Part shown: positions 16,090 to 21,522 of the stretch, piece after piece
How the letters are laid out: every line of letters starts with the position of its first letter
How positions within the stretch are numbered: the first letter of the stretch is position 1
NCBI GenBank assembly: GCA_050633305.1
Contig: JBOEGF010000064.1
Location: 1 to 21,522 of the forward strand
Reading direction: 5' to 3'
DNA length: 21,522 nt
DNA from: Nannocystales bacterium
Lineage (GTDB): Bacteria; Myxococcota_A; Polyangia; Nannocystales; Nannocystaceae
Translations under genes and position numbers: made by a program
Notes under the pieces: model-generated
Databases searched by the model: none
What the model was told of the DNA's origin: nothing
Seen by the model: the letters and a program-made list of their open reading frames with translations, nothing else

Positions 16090-18509
16090 TCTCCGAGGTC
16101 CTCCAGGCCCATCTCGATGGCGAGGTCGAGTTCACGGATGTCGCGCTCGCGGACCCTCTCCAGCCGGCCAACCTCATCGGTCTCGGCCTCTTTCATCGCC
16201 CAAGCAACATCGAGCAGGCCCACTTCGGACCGCATCGTGAGGTTGCCGATCTCACCCACCACATCGACATAGGCCGCCTCCAGGACCGATGCCACCACGG
16301 CCTTCGTGTCCCCGGTGGTCTGGGTCAGCTCCACGAGGTAGCGGTCCAAGTTGGCCCGCTCCTCGACGAGGATGGTGACCGCGCCCTGGAGCCGCTTTGC
16401 GGCGGACCGCTCGAGGGCGCCACGGGTGTTGTCGACACGAACCTGCATGCCCTCCACCCGCTTCATGACCGTGGTCGCGTCGGGGTCTTTGGATGCCTTC
16501 GTCAGCGCGCCCCACATCCCTTGCAGATGTTTTCGGTAGGCGCGGTTGGCCTTCTGCTGCGCCGCCAACAGCGGGTCCTGGTAACGAACCGCCGACTTGG
16601 CGCGAGAGATCTTGTCCCGCAGCGCCTTGGATTCCTTCTCGAGCTCCGCAATCTCATTGCGCTGCGCGGCTGCCTGCTTCAGGAAGCCCTGACGGTCGAT
16701 CTTCTGGTCCTTGCGCGTCTCATCGTAGTAACGCTCGGCGGCGATCAGCTGCGCTCGCATCTCGCCGATGAACAGGTCCATCTTGTGCGCCTGCTCGCCG
16801 AGTCGCTCCAGTTTGGCGACCGTCTTGCGGTAGTCCGGCCCACGAGAGCCGAGTGGCTCATCGACGCGACGACGAAGCTTGCGCCGCTGTGATTCCATTC
16901 GGTCGAGCGAGGAGCCCTTGAGCTTCGAAGCGAGCCGGTAGACCAGGGCCTCGCGAACCTCGAGCAAGTCCTTGTCCACGTTGTCCAGACCGGTCGCGTG
17001 AGCGCCCAGGTCGTTGAACAGCCGCGCCTTTTCTCGCGCTTGCACGGCTTCTTCCATGCGCGCGAGCAGGTCTCGCGTTTCGGTCAGCTCCCGCTGCAGC
17101 ACCCCGACCTCGCGAGAGACCGCCTCAGCGTGCACCGCCGAGTCGAGCGTTCGTGCCACGGGCAGCGCCGCGGCAGGAAGCAGCGAGGTGAGCGAGAAGT
17201 TCTCCATGTCCTCGCCGACGACTGCGGCGAAGTACGCCCGAGCATCGGACTGTGTGGAGAGCTTGCTGGACATGCGCTTGCCCAACCGGTCGAACTCACG
17301 GCGCAGCGTCAGGAACTCTTCCTCCGCACTGGCGTAGTCGCGCTGCTGGATCTTGATCTTGCCGCGCAGCTGCTTGATCTCCGCCGAGATGGGAGACTCG
17401 GGGTCGTAGATCAGCAGAAGATCGAGCGCCTGGATCGCCTGCTCGTACTGCTTGTTTCCCAGCAGCGTCCACGCGGTCTCGTACATCGCCTCGGGGAAGA
17501 AGGGCGAATCGCGACCGATCTGTCGGTACGCGTTGACCGCTTGGTCCGACTCCCCGGTGTCGTGCCGGATGCGGCCGATCGCGAGCCAGGACAGCTCCTT
17601 GATCTGACGGTCGCGAGGGTTGCTGGGGTTGGCCTTGACGATGTTGCTGAACCGAGCGAGCGCATCATCGAGTTCGCCCGCGCCCACCGAGGCCGATGCC
17701 GCCACGTAGGCCGCTCGGACCCGCCATTGGGCCCCGGGCCCACCGCGGCTGATGGGAACGTCGAGCGGACTGAGCGACTCAAGCTCCTCGATGGCTTTGG
17801 CGTAGCGCTCGGTGAGGAACAGGTACCGCCCGTACGAGTAGCGGAGCTCGGCATCCCGGTCGGATCGCGGGAACGACTCCGCCCACTGCATCAATCGCTT
17901 GGCGTCGTCTTTGCTGACGATGCCGTCGGGAGGCGCCACGGAGATATCCACGCCCACGGACTGCAGGCGAGCTCGGACCTCAGGCGTGGCCGAGAGCCCC
18001 GGTCGTCGCGCAAAGCCATCGTCGCGGCGAGGAATCGCGAGGTCGAACAACCGCGCCACGGACAGCTGTTGAAAGCGCTTCGCGTCGGGTCGGCGATCGG
18101 AGAGGTTCTTGGAGAACAGCTCGATCGCCCACGCCTCCATGCCCATCTTGGTGAGCGCGTCTCCCAGGAAAAACACGGCCTGGGTGCCCGCGGGCGTCTC
18201 GCCGTAGTTTTCGACCAAGTCGAGGAACTTGATGGCGGCGCCTTCGTAGTCGCCCTCGGCCATTTGCAGTTGGCCAGACACCAGCTGCTTGGCCAACTGC
18301 GTGTCCGAGGGGACGGCCTCCTTGGCGGCGGCCCGCTCCGCCTTGACGACGCTGGCTTCCGATTCACGTAGCCGTTGCACGAGGTCGCCAAGCTTGGCGA
18401 CATCCTTCTTGCGACGGCGGGCGGGAGCAGCCTGCGCCTGAGTGGGCACTGCGATCGTGCCGGACACAACCGCGAGTGCGAGCAAAACCTGTTGGCAGGA
18501 GCGCTTCAC
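16086..18509 (-). CDS. GltC-like secreted TPR and coiled-coil protein (807 aa)
   Basis: GTG start, signal peptide ending AQA. TPRs ELSWLAIGRIRHD, YRQIGRDSPFFPEAMYETAW, IQALDLLLIYDPES, then a long heptad-rich C-half. The GltC relationship is inferred from architecture and gene order. Confidence 0.75.
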   Translation of the reverse strand: MKRSCQQVLLALAVVSGTIAVPTQAQAAPARRRKKDVAKLGDLVQRLRESEASVVKAERAAAKEAVPSDTQLAKQLVSGQLQMAEGDYEGAAIKFLDLVENYGETPAGTQAVFFLGDALTKMGMEAWAIELFSKNLSDRRPDAKRFQQLSVARLFDLAIPRRDDGFARRPGLSATPEVRARLQSVGVDISVAPPDGIVSKDDAKRLMQWAESFPRSDRDAELRYSYGRYLFLTERYAKAIEELESLSPLDVPISRGGPGAQWRVRAAYVAASASVGAGELDDALARFSNIVKANPSNPRDRQIKELSWLAIGRIRHDTGESDQAVNAYRQIGRDSPFFPEAMYETAWTLLGNKQYEQAIQALDLLLIYDPESPISAEIKQLRGKIKIQQRDYASAEEEFLTLRREFDRLGKRMSSKLSTQSDARAYFAAVVGEDMENFSLTSLLPAAALPVARTLDSAVHAEAVSREVGVLQRELTETRDLLARMEEAVQAREKARLFNDLGAHATGLDNVDKDLLEVREALVYRLASKLKGSSLDRMESQRRKLRRRVDEPLGSRGPDYRKTVAKLERLGEQAHKMDLFIGEMRAQLIAAERYYDETRKDQKIDRQGFLKQAAAQRNEIAELEKESKALRDKISRAKSAVRYQDPLLAAQQKANRAYRKHLQGMWGALTKASKDPDATTVMKRVEGMQVRVDNTRGALERSAAKRLQGAVTILVEERANLDRYLVELTQTTGDTKAVVASVLEAAYVDVVGEIGNLTMRSEVGLLDVAWAMKEAETDEVGRLERVRERDIRELDLAIEMGLEDLGE

Positions 18510-19372
18510 TTGGAGGACTTCTTGGGGGCCTTCGGCTTCGACTTGGCCTTCGACTTGGCCTTCGAGGACCGACGGCGCTGCTTCGGCAAGGGCCGCCCGC
18601 TGGCATCGAGCGGCTGCTCCTGCCAGTTCACGTTCGGCCGGTCCGTCATCTCGGTCGTCAGGTTGCCCTCTTCGTATCCCGACGAGACGATCTTGATGGC
18701 GCCGTTCTCAGGTGCGGTGAAGCTGTGCGAGCTGTTGGACTCGAAGCTGTAGCCGGACAGGTACGAGAACACGCCGTAGCCGTGCCCGGTGTAGGTCAGC
18801 TCGATCTGCACGGTGTGCGGCCCGGGGGGAAGGTTGCCGTCGAGAATGACCAGCTCGTCCTCGGTGTCGAGGCTGCCGGTCTCATCGTTTCGGGCGACGA
18901 TCTGCGCGCCATCGAGCGTGTACACGACCCGGACCAGCTTGAAGCCCGAGCCCATGAGGTTGCGATGCGCGAGAATGACCCTGCTGCCCGCCAGCACACC
19001 GCGAAGCACGGTCTCCTTGAGGAGCGAGAGCCGGGCTTTGCTGCGGAAGATCCGGTCCTTGAGGCCGTCGACATCGGTCTGCAGGGAGTTCAGTCGATCC
19101 CCGTAGAGATCGCTCTGACGAACATCGGACGATCCCTTGGCGCCACCGGCCCCCTCCATCGGGTTGACGGTGCCTTTCGCCGGTTTCTTCGCGGCCGCCG
19201 GCTTGGCTGTCTTCGGCTTCGCCGTCGTTGGCTTCGCCGCACCAGCCGCAGCCTTGGGCTTCGTCGGTGCGGGCGCCGCACTCGCTGGAGCAGCGCCCAA
19301 AACCAAGAAACAGAGCAGAGCGAACACGCCCCTGCCCCACACAATGGCTCGGTTCACACCACGCCTACGCAC
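18506..19372 (-). CDS. Secreted protein with a short coiled coil and a beta-rich domain, function unknown (288 aa)
   Basis: Signal peptide (...VFALLCFLVLGAAPASA), Ala/Lys/Pro linker, coiled coil LNSLQTDVDGLKDRIFRSKARLSLLKE, beta domain (YTLDGAQI...PGPHTVQIELTYTGHGYGVFSYLSGYSF) and basic tail. GTG 19372 chosen; GTG 19357 is possible. Confidence 0.8.
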   Translation of the reverse strand: MRRRGVNRAIVWGRGVFALLCFLVLGAAPASAAPAPTKPKAAAGAAKPTTAKPKTAKPAAAKKPAKGTVNPMEGAGGAKGSSDVRQSDLYGDRLNSLQTDVDGLKDRIFRSKARLSLLKETVLRGVLAGSRVILAHRNLMGSGFKLVRVVYTLDGAQIVARNDETGSLDTEDELVILDGNLPPGPHTVQIELTYTGHGYGVFSYLSGYSFESNSSHSFTAPENGAIKIVSSGYEEGNLTTEMTDRPNVNWQEQPLDASGRPLPKQRRRSSKAKSKAKSKPKAPKKSSK

Positions 19373-19379
19373 GCCTGCC

Positions 19380-19388
19380 ACGGTAACA
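19380..19388 (-). promoter_or_regulatory. Putative extended -10 element (TGnTACCGT) for a leaderless envelope-operon transcript
   Basis: Minus strand TGTTACCGT ends 7 nt before the in-frame GTG 19372. Confidence 0.4.
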
Positions 19389-19598
19389 GCACCCCCCCGC
19401 ACGAGCCACCAAACCGGCCGAAACTGACCCTCGCTCGAAACGGACCCGGACCGTCGTGGGTCGCCGCTGGTGTTGCAGGACATCGATCGTTGGTCGCGAC
19501 AACGACCTGGATCCGTGTCGAAAGATCGAGGGCTGCGCAGACGTCCAACGGCAGCGCCCAACGCGCCAGCCCGAGCAGGGCGCCGGATGGGGTCCTGC

Positions 19599-20777
19599 TC
19601 AGCGGTCGACGCGACGCCAGATGGCTTCGAGCAGCTTCGGAACGCCCTTCCCGGTGTGTGCCGAGATGACGAACAGCGGGATGTTCTTGGCCTTGAGATC
19701 AGCGCGCAGCTCTTTGATGAGCGCCTTGCCGTTGTCGTCCATCAACGTGTCCGACTTGTTCAGCGCCACGATCCGCGGCTGCCCATCAAACGTCCCGTAC
19801 TTGGAGAGCTCGGCCTCGATCGCATCGAGGTCGCCCAGTGGCTCCCGGTTGGGATCCACGTCGAGCGCCAACAGATGGAGCAAGACCCGAGTTCGCTCCA
19901 GGTGCCGCAGGAACTGATGACCCAGCCCTTTGCCCTCGGACGCCCCATCGATCAGCCCAGGGATGTCCGCGACGACCATCGTTCGTTGGTCGCTCATCGA
20001 CACGACGCCCAGCTGCGGGACGAGCGTGGTGAAGGGGTAGTCCGCGACCTTCGGTTGCGCGCGCGAGATCTTGGAGATCAGCGTCGACTTGCCCACGTTC
20101 GGGTAGCCCACGATGCCAACGTCGGCGAGCAACTTGAGTTCGAGCCGAACCCGCAGCGACTGACCCAAACGACCAGGCTCCGCGAACGAAGGCGTCCGGT
20201 TGGTCGGCGTCTTGAAGTGCATGTTGCCGCGACCACCGCGGCCGCCGGTCGCGATGACAACCCGCTGCCCAGGCTCGGTGAGATCGGCAAGCAGGGTCCC
20301 CACCTCGGGGATCTCGCCTTCGGCTGCAATGTCCGGAGCGCCGGGATCGTACGGCGCGGTCTTCCAATGGGAGTCACCGACCTCGTCGCCATGGTCGTCG
20401 ACGTAGATCGTCTCCATCGCGTCCTCGGGCAGATCTTCGGGATCGACCCCAGCCGCAGTCGCCGCTTCCTCGCCGGGCCCATCGACGTAGACCATGGTGC
20501 CGACCGGGATCTTCACGATGAGATCCTCGCCGCCACGGCCGTACTTCTGCTTGCTCGCGCCGTTGTTCCCGGACTCCGCGCGCAGGTGCTGGCGGTACTG
20601 CAGGTCGAGCAAGGTGTGGAAGTGATCGTCAGCGACGAACACGACGTCGCCCCCGTCGCCCCCGTCTCCGCCCGCGGGTCCGCCGTGCGGCACAAACGCT
20701 TCGCGCCGCCAAGAGACGGCACCGTTGCCCCCCTTGCCAGCGCGTACGAAGACCCGAACTTGGTCTACAAATTTCAA
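19599..20777 (-). CDS. obgE: Obg/CgtA GTPase with an internal acidic insertion and no C-terminal domain (392 aa)
   Basis: MKFVDQV...GGPAGGDGGDGGDV, GGRGGRGN, LELKLLADVG. G1 GYPNVGKST, G2 YPFTT, G3 DIPG, G4 NKSD, G5 ISA. TTG start. Follows rplU-rpmA. Confidence 0.97.
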   Translation of the reverse strand: MKFVDQVRVFVRAGKGGNGAVSWRREAFVPHGGPAGGDGGDGGDVVFVADDHFHTLLDLQYRQHLRAESGNNGASKQKYGRGGEDLIVKIPVGTMVYVDGPGEEAATAAGVDPEDLPEDAMETIYVDDHGDEVGDSHWKTAPYDPGAPDIAAEGEIPEVGTLLADLTEPGQRVVIATGGRGGRGNMHFKTPTNRTPSFAEPGRLGQSLRVRLELKLLADVGIVGYPNVGKSTLISKISRAQPKVADYPFTTLVPQLGVVSMSDQRTMVVADIPGLIDGASEGKGLGHQFLRHLERTRVLLHLLALDVDPNREPLGDLDAIEAELSKYGTFDGQPRIVALNKSDTLMDDNGKALIKELRADLKAKNIPLFVISAHTGKGVPKLLEAIWRRVDR

Positions 20778-20801
20778 CGGTTCCGCTCCAGAGCGAGCTG
20801 C

Positions 20802-21119
20802 CTACTCGGCAGCGCTGGGCGGGTTCTCGTTGAGCTTCTTCCAGTCGCCAAGCATCTCGTCGTTGGCCGGCTCGACCATGACGAACTTCTTCCGCCGGAT
20901 GCCGCGCTTGTAGAAGCGAACGGTTCCGCCGCGGAGAGCGAACAGAGTGAAGTCTCGACCGAGGCCCACGCCGGGTCCGGGGTGGACGTGCGTGCCCACC
21001 TGGCGGATGAGAATGTTGCCAGGAACGACCTCTTGCCCGCCGAACTTCTTGACCCCACGCATCTGTGCGTTGGAGTCGCGACCGTTCTTGATCGAGCCTT
21101 GTCCTTTTTTATGTGCCAT
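20802..21119 (-). CDS. rpmA: 50S ribosomal protein bL27 (105 aa)
   Basis: [16 protein letters not shown]...GVKKFGGQ...GNILIRQ...GRDFTLFAL. Confidence 0.97.
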   Translation of the reverse strand: MAHKKGQGSIKNGRDSNAQMRGVKKFGGQEVVPGNILIRQVGTHVHPGPGVGLGRDFTLFALRGGTVRFYKRGIRRKKFVMVEPANDEMLGDWKKLNENPPSAAE

Positions 21120-21155
21120 CGATTGACCCTTTCTTAATCCGTTGGCGTGGCCGAA

Positions 21156-21479
21156 TCAGGCGCTGATCGATTTGATCTCGAGCGCGGTGTAGTACTGACG
21201 ATGGCCAGCCTTGCGACGGTAGTTCTTCCGACGCTTGAACTTGTAGACGACGAGCTTCTTGCCGCGGCCGTGCTTCTTGACCTCAGCCTCGACCTTGGCG
21301 CCCGCGACGTGGGGGGTGCCGACCTTGGCTCCGGAGCCCTTGCCCACGAGCAGGACTTCGTCGAAGGAGATCGTTGCACCGACGTCGGCGACGAGCTTCT
21401 CGACGCGAATCACGGCGCCCGGCTCGACGCGGTACTGTTTCCCGCCGGTCTTGATGACGGCTTGTTCTTGGCTGGACAT
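21156..21479 (-). CDS. rplU: 50S ribosomal protein bL21 (107 aa)
   Basis: [12 protein letters not shown]...VEKL...[26 protein letters not shown]. Confidence 0.97.
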   Translation of the reverse strand: MSSQEQAVIKTGGKQYRVEPGAVIRVEKLVADVGATISFDEVLLVGKGSGAKVGTPHVAGAKVEAEVKKHGRGKKLVVYKFKRRKNYRRKAGHRQYYTALEIKSISA

Positions 21480-21522
21480 ATCTGAGCTCAGTTCTCTCGA
21501 ATCTCTGGAAGCGGCGCGGAGC

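Noticed and set aside
13195..16272. 1025-aa plus-strand ORF, and similar long ones at 1695-2855, 6037-7254, 16998-18371 and 19470-21137
   Set aside because: Antisense shadows of well-supported minus-strand genes, expected from high-GC codon bias. Their translations have no recognisable motifs.
10137..18509. Calling this the gliding-motility glt locus with firm glt gene symbols
   Set aside because: gltA/B/H/I/J/K and cglB are absent from the window, and orthology versus paralogy cannot be settled without phylogeny.

Overview
GC-rich window in which every credible gene lies on the minus strand. The gene content points to a Myxococcota (myxobacterial) chromosome, which is my inference. In transcription order (right to left): rplU-rpmA-obgE; a translationally coupled five-gene envelope operon (secreted coiled-coil/beta-rich protein, GltC-like TPR, GltD-like TPR, GltE-like TPR lipoprotein, GltF-like); an AglR-like MotA/TolQ/ExbB gene and two ExbD/TolR genes, flanked by structured intergenic DNA; a GltG-like FHA-like/TM/TonB-C protein coupled to a secreted two-Cys protein; an outer-membrane beta-barrel and a short (D1D2-type) OPX polysaccharide-export lipoprotein; a lid-less Hsp70, a J-domain protein and hisB. 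The main candidate system is a complete Agl-Glt-like proton-motor/trans-envelope machine linked to an orphan OPX/beta-barrel translocon. No co-polymerase, flippase, polymerase or glycosyltransferase gene is present in the window. Other points of note: a natural Asp-to-Asn change in one ExbD subunit, five tandem 28-bp hairpin repeats abutting the motor RBS, an attenuator-like hairpin cascade upstream of the gltG-like gene, and a ~60-aa acidic insertion in Obg. Family assignments come from motif recognition by eye; no database search was run.
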